A DNA stretch of 63,297 bases, filler included, from Octopus bimaculoides (taxonomy: Eukaryota): the NCBI RefSeq assembly GCF_001194135.2. It is 4 parts of 4 records of this genome, joined end to end, with 100 filler letters (N's around TTAATTAATTAA, not from the genome) between each part and the next. Parts side by side here need not be neighbours in the genome. Positions count along the whole stretch, not along the records: positions 27,488 to 50,864 come from NC_068983.1; 3 more parts are not named here. One strand, written 5' to 3'. The position numbers and the translations under genes were made by a program. Every line of letters starts with the position of its first letter. The first letter of the stretch is position 1. Positions 35,691 to 50,090 of this stretch are shown here, piece after piece. The notes beneath the pieces were generated by a model, which saw only the letters and a list, made by a program, of their open reading frames with translations, was not told where the DNA came from and searched no databases.

Positions 35691-36230
35691 GGTGTACTAA
35701 TGCTTCCTCACTACTATACATACCCTAACAATATTGTTCTACTTCAATCTAAATTTGCTTTATTTTCACATTTTTACTGGTTACCGTTGTTGGACTATAG
35801 CTCTGCTGAACTTTGTCTTCCGGGATTTTTAGTATTGTATTGACCCAGTACTTAATATGGTACTTGGTTATTGATCTTTATCAAAAGTTTCAGTTCACTC
35901 ATCGAATTACCTCTGCTTAAGTTTGTAAATACTCTAAGGTATTTACATTGATTATATGCAAACACAAACACATACATCAGACTTCTGCACAGTTTCAGTT
36001 CACTAAATTCTACTCAGAAAGTGTTAGCCAAACTGAAGCAATAATAAAAGACTAAGGTGTTGCACAGTAGGATTAAATCCTAAACTATTTGGTTGTGAAG
36101 CAAATTTCGTAACCACACAACTATGGTTGTATGCCAGGTTTACATATATTTGAGTAGGTATGTGTGTATGCATGTGTATATGTGTGTGTGCATGCTTATA
36201 TGTGTGTGCATGCATATGTGTGTGTAACGT

Positions 36231-36272
<42 letters not shown>

Positions 36273-36743
36273 ACACACATACATAAATACACACACATGT
36301 ATATATATAAATGATGATGATTATGTTTAAAAGGTTTGTTGAAGAGGTAGAGAGAAAGAGAAAAATATAAATTGCTTAGCAGAGGGAAATTTTAAAATCA
36401 TATAATATATTTTTGTGACTGGAAGTGAAATAACTTAGCAAAATAAAAATAACAATGCAAATCCTTTCTTTCTTAAATAGCTTTTCCTAATTTTTTTCAT
36501 TCTGTGGAATTTCCACAGATGTAACTAGTATATATANNNNNNNNNNAAGTTATATATATATATATAAAAATAATCATCTAAAAGACTTATCAGGATGTTC
36601 TATTGAGTTAGACATGGCCTGGGCTGATAATGGCTGGAAACAATCTAAGTTATATAAGTTATATATATATATATAATCAGTTATAAATCCCCCAAAAAGG
36701 TACACTCTAAAATTTCTTTGAGCAGTAATATTAAAGGTATTAA

Positions 36744-37066
36744 AGTATTGGTTTTGGCCAGTCAGAAAGTTACCATTGGCATCATGTCTATTATTGCTTC
36801 TAGCAATAACCTCTTTACTAATGGAGGTAAGAATACAGGAACTGGTGAAAGGGAGATAATTCCATCTCACCCAGAAGGGGTTGTTGCTTTGAAGAATTTT
36901 GTTTCTGAGATTTTTTTCACAACTATTGCTGATCAAGACAATTCTTACCTCCATTAGTAAAGCGGTTATATGTCTGGCAACAGGTCTGATGAGTCACCTA
37001 GATTACTAAGAGCAAAAATAGACATGGACCCAATGGTAACTTTCTGACCGTCCATAATCAATAACT
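36744..37066. repeat. Foldback (long imperfect palindrome), probably a MITE
   Basis: Perfect inverted blocks gtcagaaagttaccattgg (36771-36789 / 37030-37048) and ctttactaatggaggtaagaat (36813-36834 / 36941-36962), with further partial pairing. Confidence 0.8.
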
Positions 37067-38024
37067 ACTCTCTCTCTCTATCCCTCACTATATATATATA
37101 TATATATATATATTTCGTTTTTGGATTTGGCTTGCAATATTCTTTATGTAAGTTCATGCAAGCATGAAGGCACACTGGCAAAACGCTGCTCCTCTCAATG
37201 GAAACCTTACCTGTCATTGTGGTTTTGCGGCATGAAGTAAAGTAGGCCTTGCTGTCCACTCAAGGAAAAATATAATCCAAATTTAAGTGGCATACTTTTA
37301 CATTCTGAGTTCAAAAGATGTGAAGGTTGATGCTGCTTTTCATTCTTCTGAGAATCAATGAAATAACTACCAGTCAAACACTGAAGGTGATCTCATCATG
37401 TGGTTTTGTGCCTATGCTAGAAATCAATATTAAATTTTTTCATAAAACACAACTGTTTTCAGCTTCTACATGGACATGTTGAGAATAGTAGTTTGAATAT
37501 ATACCTGGAAAATAACTGTGTTTTATTCTGGTTGCATGTCAAATAGATGCCAGTTTTATTTCACAGCTGAATGTTAAATGTTAACACATATCATATTATA
37601 AAATATTTGTCTGAAGAAAAGCTAGTGTTAATTTTTAAAAAATTATTAATAAGTAGAAAATTTGCACAAACACACAGTTACTGAGATTGAATTTAAATGC
37701 AATTAACAATTATAAAACCATAGATATGTGCTATCATATTGGTTTAAATTTCTAAAACATCACTCTTACTAAATAGCAGTTGTAATTCATATCTGAATTT
37801 AATATTTATTGACTTATTTTTAATGCAACTGAATAAATCCATCCATTTTCTAAAATTCAAAGTATTAGCTGTTATATTTTTAACAGGCTTCTTTAAGCAG
37901 CCACATAAATAAGAGGACATTCATAAATATAATAGTAATAATCACTGAAATTTGTCAGAATTTATAGAGAAAATTCCCCATTTGGTTATAATTCAAAGTA
38001 TGAAGTTGTAGAACTGTTAAAGCT

Positions 38025-38215
38025 CCAGTAAAAATGCCATACGGTATTTTTCTGGCTCTTTACATTTTGAGTTCTATTTTGTTGAGATCAACTTTGCTTT
38101 TTAGCCCTCCAGGGTCGATAAAATAAAGTACCAATGAAGTTCAGGGGTCAATCAACAAAATCCCTTCCTTCAAAGCCGTTTGGTTTTTGTCTAAATTAGA
38201 AATAATTATTAAGGT
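38025..38215 (+). mobile_element. Degenerate SINE family B
   Basis: gagatcaactttgcttt..gggtcgataaaataaagtacca..caggggtcaat. Confidence 0.6.
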
Positions 38216-41200
38216 TATTTCCTGCTTTTCCATTTCTGATCACTATCTATGTACTGTGTGAGACATGCATCGTGTTTTATTTACTAAACAGAAAAATTCA
38301 AGATTTAAAAGCTGAAGGTTGTGGTTTATTGAAATCTTTGTGATATAATTTAAAATTAAATGAGATTGTTACTCAAGGAAATAATAAAACTTCAGTGAAG
38401 AACTCAAACTAGCCATCAAACTTTGTTCAATGAGAATTATATCCAACCATACATCAGCTGATTTGGTAGACACCATGACTGATTTGGATAACCAGACTGA
38501 CATTTGATGCCCTGTTAATGATACTGTTTGTGAAGAGAATACTTAATTCTCTATGTTCAAGTCTACCTACATCTAGTGTAATTGTCACTAGTAAGAAGTA
38601 GCATCAATATGGAACTTATGAGTATTTTGCTAGCTTCTAGTAACTCAATTCAATTCCTAGAGCACAATAATCTACTGGAAACAAATTGGCAGCCTATACT
38701 GGATGAAGTCCATCTCTTCTTAACACCTTGTAAAATAGAGATAATTACTGGTTCAACTAATCCTTGTGATTCAGGAAGGGATAAAAATAGATCTACACTA
38801 AGCAAGATTTATTTGAGTCATAATGATTATCATTGTCATGTTCTCATCCTCTTTCTTTTCAGTTTCTTCTTTGTATGTTAACATAATATGGACATGTTTT
38901 CTGATATTTTGTACTTGATGGTATCTGGTACTTTCTAACTGCTATAATGGATAACTTTGAACTACAAAGTCATGACATATTTTCATCAAACTGTTTAATC
39001 TTCTGTTGATTTGTAAATGAAAGAACCTGTATGCAGTCCTTCAACCTGTTAGAATTAGCAGCTACATCTCTTTCAAAGTTTACCCTACTATCTTACAAAT
39101 AAATGTACTCGGTAAATTGCTCTTTGTTATAATATAACAGAAATGATGAGATAGTCACGAAGTGACTGCCAATGTGATATTGGAAATTCTGTAATTGCCT
39201 CATACTGTTATGTTAATTACTATCAGAAGAATTATGTGAAGTCACAATGTGTGTTTACCATTTATTATGAAAAGTGGATGAAACAACTTCATTAGTTGAC
39301 AACTTTTGAAGTATGAAATACACTTTTAGTTTGGATAGTGAGCATTGATATCCAATGGATAACAATAATTTTCCTATTTCACAAGTTGTTATAAACAAAT
39401 ATGTCAACAATACAAATCAACTCCCTTATGTTAAAGGGTAATTCTGAAGAATCGTTTAATAATTTATTATTCAGTTTGAAAGATATTTTAGACATATGAA
39501 ACCAAATGAATATGATAAAATGGATTTATATCTATTTCTATTAAGACTGACAGATATAGCAACAGGGAAAAAGTGATCTGAAATTGCAAAAGAGGAAGAT
39601 GGTGTCATTTCATTTTGTTCAAGAGTAAAATATGTAATTGTATCTAAATTTATTAGCAGGGAAAATATACTCAGTGAATGAAAAAGACGATTTTATTGTG
39701 CAGTATGGACAACTTATTAATGATTTCATCACTATTCTTGCACATAAAAATTTTTCCTATATCATTTGTAAGAAGGGTTATTAGGGATGGTATTTTGCTG
39801 AAGTCTAGACATGGTAAGTGATCAAAAAGCAGTTTACTTTATCTTTGCTTCATAAAGCTGAGAAAACCATTGTATTTTAGAATGTCATTTCTATAGTTCA
39901 GATGGAAGAGTTCAGTTTTAGTGTGGGGGACAATATAACAAATAACCATAAACCATATGCTGCTTCTATGGGGAAACCAACTTCCATTCAGGCTAAAACT
40001 TACTTTCGGTGTGGATCAAAAGCTCTACACAACAACAAAAAATGCCTTGCTGTTGATAAACAATCTCTTAATTGTAAAATAATAGAACATTTTACAGATA
40101 TGTCGAAAACCTTTTGCAAAATTATGTAAAAGCATTTTACAAAGTTAATATCATCAACATAATCATATGCCAAACACAACTGCTTCTGAGAACTGCAAAT
40201 ATGCACAGTCAGTGGTACCTATCTCATAATGTTGCTAAATTGTCATTAATTAGTAAAAATATTGAAAAATAGTTTGGTATTAAACCTTTCTCCAAGTCAT
40301 ATCAAAAGGCAAGATCGATTGATAAAAACAAGGTTAACATAATTGTAAAAACAATTGTTAAGTTTGAAGTAAAGACTTGTTACCTCATAAATGAAATTAC
40401 TCTTATATTCTATATACAATAGATTTCACTATCTTTAGAATGCTTTAATTATGATAATTTTAGCTTTTTAAGATTGCATTTAAGGGCAATCTTCAACCTT
40501 TGAATGTTTCATCTGCATATGTTGATCTGAAATGCATTACTAATGTATTTAACAAACTTTCAAGATGTTGAGTATCTGCATACTGGCTCATCAAAATTAC
40601 AACTAGCTAACAACACTTGAAAAAAGAGATTGGCAGTAACTTTCACTTGATACTCTAGAACCAAAACCAATTATTAAAATGGGCAGCTCTTACATTTTGA
40701 CATTACTCGATGAGTTTATGCATTAACCTTTTCTCATTTGCCTTAAGAAAAGCAACTTCTCAAGTTTTCAATGCTTCTCCTCAATATTCACCTTTTTGGT
40801 ATTTCATGATTTATTCACTTAACCATGGCATTCAATTGAAAAGCTCTGAATTTTGGAAATTTTAAGTTGATGGAATGTTCAGATGATTAGAATGATTTCT
40901 TCTGAACAAAATGAATGCTACATTCTATTGATATGTAAAATAACTCAGTTTCCCCTAATGCAAACAAAATGTTAAATTCATGGAATGGTGGATATCCTTT
41001 AGCTTTAATAAATATTGGATCATTCTGTTCTATAGCTTTAAAGGTATAATCAACTCAAAGCTACTTTACACCTCATTAACCACAGGAATGGCTTAATGAA
41101 TTATCATAAAAATAGTTTAGCAATTAGAAAAGACCCATTAGTTTCAAAGATGACAGATACCATTGATTGACATACTCTCATACCATTACATCCCAGTTCA

Positions 41201-42344
41201 GTTTGATACTGAGAGATATGCTACAGTCTCATCAAGCCATTTTCTTCAAACCCTTGAATCTGAGGCCCAAGACAGCTTTGAGGAAAACTGAAAATCTTTC
41301 AATAAGCTGTTCTCTTCGTTAAATAAATGCAACTTACAACTTGTAGAATGATGATGATAATATAATCTTGGAAACAAATGATGACAAATCAATTCATTAC
41401 AATTTCAGTAAACATTCGTAACAGACCAAAAAGAACAATAGAATACCTGCCTATTTTACTGATTATATGTTTTAATGATAAACAATGACTGCTTCCTTTG
41501 TTATATTCTGTGCTGTTAATTACTAGGTTTTGATTTACTTACAGATGACTTAATTTTTTGACATTTGTTCTAAATGCTCTTTGATGTCTGGCAAATGTAG
41601 GAGCAGATATTCTCTAAATGTCTAATATTGTTATGTTAATTCCTAACAGTAGGATTATGTGAGAGGATAGGAATCCCTGTACACATGTGTGTTTGCTACT
41701 TATTATGGGCAGTAGATGAACTAGCTTTGTTAGCTGTCAGTATTTGAAAGGTGAAATGTGTCTACAGTTAAATACCTACTCTTTGAAATTACAGTTTACA
41801 AGTCAAACAATGCAAATTTGACATAGTAATAGTTGCTCAACACATTCCAAAAAGTTGGGCGAATTTGGGCAAAAATTTGAAAGTGACAACATTACACTGA
41901 AAGGAACAGGGCTTTAAAAGGGTATTTTTCAACATAATACTTACAATCAAAGAATACAATCAAATACAATCAAAGAATAAAAATGACAATTTCAGAAAAA
42001 AACAGAAAGTAATGCTGCTATTTCACTTCTCAATGTCACATCATTACATGTAGAAAATCTCAACACTTCACACACAAAATTATCCTTGTATGTAATGAAA
42101 ACACTTGAAAAATACAGCCACACAAAACTAATGGTTAAAAAACAGTGTTATGGAACTAAAAAAATTGTTTCATCCTACATAACATTTAAATCAAGATAGT
42201 CCAGATCATTACCACTTAGAGAGGATATTAGCCATTGTATTTAACAAGGAACTATAAAAAAAACAACAAATTTACTGTATTACAGTATCTAAAGAAATAT
42301 TGAATTGCATATAATTTTGTATTGCATGTGGTACATATTGTAGA

Positions 42345-42394
<50 letters not shown>

Positions 42395-42504
42395 CAGTAT
42401 GTTGTCTAAGACATATCAATGAGTATAGCCTTTTTCATTCAGTAAGTTTTGTGATGTATGAGGATACTGTAATATACATACAAACATACATACATCAACA
42501 TCAT

Positions 42505-43500
42505 CATTGATGTTTAACATCTGTTTTCCAAGCTGGCATGGGTTGGATGGTTTGACTGAGAACTGGAAAGCCGCGAGACTGCACTAGGCTCCAATCTGAT
42601 TTGGATGATGATACAGTAATATGCAGACATGTATCATCGTCATCATTGTTTAACGTCTGCTTTCCATGCTAGTATGGGTTGGACAATTTAACCAAGGACT
42701 GGCAAGCTGGATGGCTGCACCAGCCCCAATCTGATTTGGCAAGGTTTCTACAGCTGGATGCTCTTCCTAAAGTCAACCATTCTGTGAGTGTAGTGGGTGC
42801 TTTTTACATACCACCAACATGGGAGCCAGTCAGGTGGCACTGGCATCAGCCATGCTTGAATGGTGATTTTTACATACCACCAGAATGAGTGCCAGTCAGG
42901 CGGTGCTGGAATCATTCATGCTCGAATGATGCTTTTTACATATCACTAGCATGGTTGCCAGTCAGGCAGCACTGGCATTGGCCACAACTACAATTTCACT
43001 TGGTTCAACAGGTCTTCAACACAGCATATTGCCTGACGATCGAAGGGTGCTTTTAAATGGGCTAGTTATGCAACACTGACATTGGCCTTGACTACGATCT
43101 CACTTGGCTCATCAGGTCTTCTCAAGCACAGCATATCTCCAAAGGGCTCAGTCACTTGTCATTGCCTCTGTGAGGCCTAACATTCAGAGGTCGTGATTCA
43201 CCACCTCATCCCATGTCTTCCTGAGTCTACCTCTTCCACAGGTACCCTCCACTGTTAGGGTGTGACACTGACATCACACATCCAGCAGAGCATGCTAGCT
43301 TCATTTCTTACAAGCCTGCACATGTCTTCAGCAGTCACAGCCCATGTTTCACTGCCGTATAGCATGGCTGTTCACACACAGGCATCATAGTCTACTTTCC
43401 CTCTGAGCAAGAGGCACATTGTTAACAGCAGAGGTAGGAGTCCTCTGAACTTTGTCCAGGCTATTTTATTCCTGCATCTACACTCTCAGAACATCCAACC
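42505..43500 (-). mobile_element. RTE LINE 3' portion (ORF C-terminus, 3' UTR with short tandem repeats, GAT tail)
   Basis: AWTKFRGLLPLL..AMLYGSETWAVTAEDMCRL..RGRLRKTWDEVV..DL*MLGLTEAM..LWRYAVLEKT; two tail copies at 42505 and 42636. Confidence 0.85.
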
Positions 43501-43934
43501 CCACTACTGACTTAGTTACTTAGGTAATGGAAACTATCAACTACTTCTAGTTTTCCTGTGGCAAGTGATGGAGTTTGTTTTCTGTACATCTTCGGTGTTT
43601 ATTGCACCTGTGCATCTGCCATGTAAAAAAAGTATCTTGAAAACTAACACTGTATCATACAGATTATGCACTGTTTGATGTATAAGTGTCCTTTTATGGA
43701 CCTCAGTTAGGCTGAGTCATTGGATATCACAATAGTTCTGTGGATTGTGTCTGGGCAACTGCTTGCATATCAGAGTTTCAGATCAATCGAAGCTGACGTT
43801 GGGTAATAGTAACAATCTTGAATTCATTTATGTAGCAAAACTACTGAAGTAATCGTTTTTGCCCTTTGTTTTAATAGTTCATTTATGTATCAAAATGGTT
43901 TACTCTTATGAGGGTGTAGTTAACTCTTGTATAA

Positions 43935-43947
43935 TAGCAGCAGCAGC

Positions 43948-43994
<47 letters not shown>

Positions 43995-44022
43995 CTGCAG
44001 CAATAGTAGTAATAGTTGTAGT
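43935..44022. repeat. (GCA)n(GTA)n trinucleotide microsatellite
   Basis: Directly visible. Confidence 0.95.
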
Positions 44023-46811
44023 AACAGCATTAGTCCTGGATGAGTTATTTTCTAACTAGCTTTAATTCTGTAAGGGTTTCACTTATTTTTGTCTATAGAT
44101 ATACAATGGATTTATAGCACAAAAACTGATTTGTTCAGTTCTAAATTGGTAAATATTTATCTTAGTCATATCTGCTAAGTAAATGATCCTAGTTCAATGA
44201 ATATATAATATGGAGAGTAGGTAATATGCACATACTAGTAAATACAAAAGAACTTCTATCTCTCATTAATTTTGAAAAAAAGAATTATATGAATATTATT
44301 TATTTAATTATTTGTGTAGTGTATAAAATGTTTATACAATAAATTTACTAAATTTAATTGTCAGAGTGATTAAAAAAGCTATGGATGATAACTGAAAAAT
44401 CATTCTATTTAATCAAAAGAAATTTTTGTTTGTTTTTTAAAGAAAAATATTCTGTAGTCTATAAAATTATTCATGTGATTCCAATGAAATAACTCTCAGT
44501 TTAATACTTTATAGTATTTCAATTGTTTAATTCAAAAAGATCTCTCCCATTCTGCACTAAATTAAAGTCTATAATTTCCTGCCTTCAAAAGGCGAAACCT
44601 ATTAATTTACATTTTGATAAATTACGTCCTTTTATGATTAGGTAATGTACTCCAATATTATTTACAGAAAAGTGCAATTTGTCCAACACCATACAAGGAA
44701 AATAAATAATTTCCAAACCTTTAATAGAGGACTAGCATCGAAGAAACCAAATTTTCTGTTTTATATGCTTTAAAAACAAATAAAATCACAACAATATACA
44801 TTGCTTTTTTCAGTGTTAAGTATCTTTTTAATATCTGTGAACTTTTGATATCTTACAAATCTTACATTTAAGTTATGGATTAAAGATTATCTAAAGGTTT
44901 AATTGGAAATCTTTGAATAGCAGTAAGAAAAAATACTCAATAACAGCAAAATACTTTGGTATTAACCTGTCTTTTCACTTTTAGATCTATTAATAGTATA
45001 GTATTATTAAATTAATTTTGATTTTTCTGGTTTCATCTATAATGATAAATGAATAATTAAACAAATAATTGTTTTTGTTTGACAGTTGTTACATTTCTTA
45101 CTGAGGTGAAAATTTAGCAAGGGTTTCTACAAATAATATTCATACTTTTTATTGGTATCAAACTTCTGTACTGAAGTAACTGATATAATTTATAAATAAA
45201 AATACAACAATAATAATTAAAATATTAAAAGAAATAAATAAAGAATTTCTTTCTAAGTATGTTCGCAAAGTTATGAACTTGTAATTCAAACATGATGAAT
45301 GATACAGAATTTGAACTACCAGACTACCATTTACTATATAACTGTATTATGAATATTAGACAGGATAAAAAATGAATAAAAAACAAATGAAATAATCTTT
45401 TGGTGAAATATGTTGCAATTGCAATATGTTTTAGTATGAAGTAAAAGAGAATAAACTAATCTAGAATATATTTTTTTTAGGATAGTTTGAGACCTTAAAA
45501 TCGAATTACATTATTTACTCTGATTTAAATTTTTATACTTCTCATTCTTTTATTTGAAATTTGAAAATGTCAGGCACATATTGTTTACATGGCATTGGTC
45601 TACTTATTTAGTTTTTGCACAGTTGTATTATACAGCAAGCAAAATAATAAAATTATTCTAACTGGTTTATATCATTTATTTCATCCCTGGTATATCCCTA
45701 ACTAAAATTTCACTGTACTAACTGAATTACTTTGAAAAAGAGAAAATAAAAAGGTCATACATCTATACTTGTATTTTGAAATATTTTTCATTAATACTGG
45801 TCACCATATAAACTAAAGTAATATTATTCATTGTATTCTAAAACATACATCTTTAAAACAAAAATACATACACAGTTGCTTAAAAGCATTTTCTACATTA
45901 TAATTTAAGCTAGTATATTCTTATATTATAAAAGAAATATATTAAGTTCAGAATATAAAGCTGTTGATTTTCTTAATCTTCATCTGCACAAAAATATATG
46001 AACATAATTTGAAATTGTCCAACTAAATAACTATTGAGTCTTTAAAATCTAAAATAAATTAATATTTAAATTCAAAATAAAAAGAAAATGGTGCAAGACA
46101 AAAGCTGGAGAAAACTTCTTCAATTTCAAGAATGGCAAAAAGGAAAGTAGTCTGAAATATGAAAATATTGTGAAGAAAGTCAAAAATAAAGAATTCAATA
46201 TGGTATAACTAGAAAGGTGCTAGAATTTACGAGCTACTAAAACTGGATTGAAATAGCATGCAACTGAGATTTAACTCTGCTGACTTCCCTAGTAACAGTT
46301 TGTGTAACAAATCCAGAGAGTAGTAAAGACATCCTATTGATTTACTTGCTGAAGATTGGCATTCATCTTATGGCTTATTCAGAGATAGTAGATTCTAAAC
46401 ATTCTAGTGAGAAAATTTACACACAGAAACACTTACACACATACACATAACATAAATAAAAACAAACACAGAAACACAGGAATTCTATAATTATTCTATG
46501 TATATTCTGAATAACTGCCAGAAGAAAAAAAAATAACTGATTTTGAAAACAATCACGCCAACGGTTTATTTAAGCAGACTGAGAATTGTGTGGCAAGCCA
46601 GATAATTAAACAAATTCAATAAACAGTGTTCATATGAGAAACAAGACAGAAATAGAAGCAATATTAAAATATTGTTGGGATTAACTTGAATTAGTTCTTT
46701 ATCATTTTGGTAAAAGAAATATTCTTCTCCTGGGATTCCTTGTGATTGAACATAGTAGTTTGCATATGTATGCATGTATATATGTATGTATGTATGTATG
46801 TATGTGTGTGA

Positions 46812-46863
<52 letters not shown>

Positions 46864-47464
46864 NNNNNNNNNNNNNNNNNNNNNNNNNNNNNNNNNNNNN
46901 NNNNNNNNNNNNNNNNNNNNNNNNNNNNNNNNNNNNNNNNNNNNNNNNNNNNNNNNNNNNNNNNNNNNNNNNNNNNNNNNNNNNNNNNNNNNNNNNNNNN
47001 NNNNNNNNNNNNNNNNNNNNNNNNNNNNNNNNNNNNNNNNNNNNNNNNNNNNNNNNNNNNNNNNNNNNNNNNNNNNNNNNNNNNNNNNNNNNNNNNNNNN
47101 NNNNNNNNNNNNNNNNNNNNNNNNNNNNNNNNNNNNNNNNNNNNNNNNNNNNNNNNNNNNNNNNNNNNNNNNNNNNNNNNNNNNNNNNNNNNNNNNNNNN
47201 NNNNNNNNNNNNNNNNNNNNNNNNNNNNNNNNNNNNNNNNNNNNNNNNNNNNNNNNNNNNNNNNNNNNNNNNNNNNNNNNNNNNNNNNNNNNNNNNNNNN
47301 NNNNNNNNNNNNNNNNNNNNNNNNNNNNNNNNNNNNNNNNNNNNNNNNNNNNNNNNNNNNNNNNNNNNNNNNNNNNNNNNNNNNNNNNNNNNNNNNNNNN
47401 NNNNNNNNNNNNNNNNNNNNNNNNNNNNNNNNNNNNNNNNNNNNNNNNNNNNNNNNNNNNNNNN

Positions 47465-47508
<44 letters not shown>

Positions 47509-48410
47509 GATAGAAATATTTATTCACTTGAATATTGGAGAAATGGTACCGTGTGCTGAACTCTTTCACTCTGAAACAATATAAGGATCAAATATTTATG
47601 ATTGATGTAATTTTAATCATTTAAACTGCACAATATATTGTGTTGTCCTTTGGCATATTACCATTCTCTGCTGACTTTTTCTCAAATATCAATTACTCTT
47701 TATGATATAACATTTATTAATAATAATATATTGCTATATAGGATCAATGACAACACTCTTGCTTGAAGTCATGACAAACTGATTTAAGAGATATAGATAA
47801 TTGCTTTTAACTTTGCATTCTCACCTGCTGTCTTCAACATAAAATCATTGTACCCTATACTAATTTTGATTACTGCATATTTGTCACACTATTAAATCTT
47901 GTACATAAATGAGCCACAATAAACTAAAGATAGCAACGTATATTGAAAAGGTAATGAAATAAACCTCTCACAATTCTTTTGGTTATATATAGAGTGAAAG
48001 TGTCAGAATAATTATTTTGGTTTTATTTAGTTGCAAACTATTAGAAGCTTGGTAAGTAAAGACAAAACTTGAAAGCTATATGATTGAGGATAAAATAACA
48101 TAAAAATCTTCAACTACATTCACTAGCAATTTGATTTTAAAGTTAAGAGTACAAATGCACTGGTACAGATGGTGCTCCTTTTGAAAAGAATTATATTTAT
48201 TACAGTACATGTACAGCATAATCATAAGATAAATATACAATACAGTTAGAAGCAAGATATAAGCAATAAATATATATAATTAATAACATCTACACACCTA
48301 ACATAGCTCATTCAAGAATTAGTTATAGTATAATTTCTATCGAGGTAATATGCTGACACTTGAATTATGATGAATTATAAGTTCATAATATACAGTATTT
48401 AATATATATA

Positions 48411-48520
48411 CAGGGTGCGGTGAATAAATTGTCATCTAAATTACGCAAAAATGAAAATAACAGTGACATCTCATTTTGACAGATATATTTACCAAAATTT
48501 CATTAAAATACCTTGATTGG
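48411..48520 (+). mobile_element. Isolated Tc1/mariner-type left end
   Basis: TA + CAGGGTG.. terminus as at 9858; no matching right end found. Confidence 0.35.
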
Positions 48521-48728
48521 GGATATAATGATGATACCTTGAGTTTTACAAATGAATGACATTATCAATAATATTAGTGATAATGACAAGTCAATTAAAT
48601 TAACCCCAGCACTTGATGACATTTTATTTTATTGCCCACAAAAAATAAAATGCAAAATTGACAATGGCAGGATTTGAGCTCTGGATATAAAGAGCTGAAA
48701 CTAGTGTCACTAAGGTATAATAATAAGG

Positions 48729-48770
<42 letters not shown>

Positions 48771-50060
48771 TTGGCATGGAATTTAGGATCAAGAAATGTG
48801 GTGTAATGACTCTCAAAATGGGCAAAATCAGTAAAAGCCATGGGATCAAGCTGGAAAGTGATGAAACAATAAAGGAAATCAGAGAGGAAGGATATAAATG
48901 CTTGGATATCATTGAAAGAGATAAGATGAGTGAACACAAGATGAAAGAAATGCAGGAAAGAGTATTTGAGTAGAACTCAGCTTGTGCTCCTATCAAAGCT
49001 AACAAGCCACTATAAGATTAGAGTAATTAACACGTGGGCCGATCCTTTGATGAGATATGGGGCAAGAATATTATCTTGGAAGAAGCATGAATTACAAGAG
49101 ATAGACTGGAGAACATATAATTTAATGACAATGAAAGGAGGGACTACACCCCAAAAATGATGTGTCAAGATTGTATGTAAAGAGGAAAAAAAGAGAATGG
49201 GGATTAATGTGTTGTAAAGGTTGTGTAAGGGAAAAGGAAAATAGCTTGGCTTGGTATATCAAGGGAAGTAAAGGAGAAATGATTGAAGCAGTGGAAGTGC
49301 AGGGAACCTTAAAAGGGAACGAAGCTGTAGATCCAACACAATTTAAGAAAGGTCAGAGAGAGCAGAGGAAGAAAATTTGGCAGGCCAAGAAAATGCACAG
49401 CCAGTTCTTGAAGAATAAAGATGATATTGTTTGGAATAGAACCTGGCAATGGCTGCAGAAAGGAGAATTAAAAGGGTCCACTGAGGCATTAGTGTCCACT
49501 GGCTGTTGTGCGGTAAAGTAAACCTCGAGAGAGCTGAACAAGGGTATGAACACAAACCAGAGGGATTAATGGAAAACGAACATTACAAAATACTCTGGGA
49601 TTTCAACATGCAGTGTAACCAAGTCACAGAGGTGAAGCAAGCAGAATCATGCTCATTTATAAAGATGAAAAAGAAGTAAAGATAATAGATGTTGCAATAC
49701 CAGGCAATTCGAGGGTGAAAGGTTAGGAAACAAAATATTGAGAAATACTAGCCACAGTGGGATGAAATAGGAAAGTTATGGGGCATGAGGAAAGTAATGG
49801 TGATACCAGTGGTAACTGGAGCGTTAGGTGCAGTTTCCAAGGGCTTTTAAAAAAATATTAAGAATATTGGAATTGCTGTCAGGCTTGAGGTGATCCAGAA
49901 GACAGCATTGTTAGGTTCAGCTTGCATTCTAAGGAGAGTACTGTCTCTTTGAGTCACAGGAGAAGGCACTACTTGAAACCTTTTGTGATTTGTTATTGCC
50001 TGCTTTCAAGTAAAGAATAACTGGTAATTAAGAACTATCTGACAGTCTTTCATAATGGAC
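48771..50060 (+). mobile_element. 5'-truncated R4/Dong-type retrotransposon between (TAA)n tracts
   Basis: IGMEFRIKKCGVMTLKMGKI..YKCL.., INTWADPLMRYGA, LYVKRK..GL, WLQKGELK, KILWDFNMQ, KIIDVAIPG, IPVVTGALG, IQKTALLGSACILRRVLS; multiple frameshifts. Confidence 0.85.
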
Positions 50061-50090
50061 AAAATAATAATGATAATTAATAATGATAAT

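Noticed and set aside
36986-37047. C/D snoRNA-like pattern (TGATGA...CTGA) with a 10-nt match to conserved LSU rRNA sequence
   Set aside because: The segment is one arm of the 36744-37066 palindrome, the terminal stem is only 2 bp, and there are no convincing C'/D' boxes.
39902-40129. 75-aa ORF behind an AG acceptor
   Set aside because: No recognisable motif and no phase-consistent chain of exons; kept only as a weak possibility within the presumed gene body.
40960-41040. Minus-strand PIFIKAKGYPPFH resembling a PWWP motif
   Set aside because: Lacks the PWWP residues, is surrounded by stops, and has no supporting splice sites.
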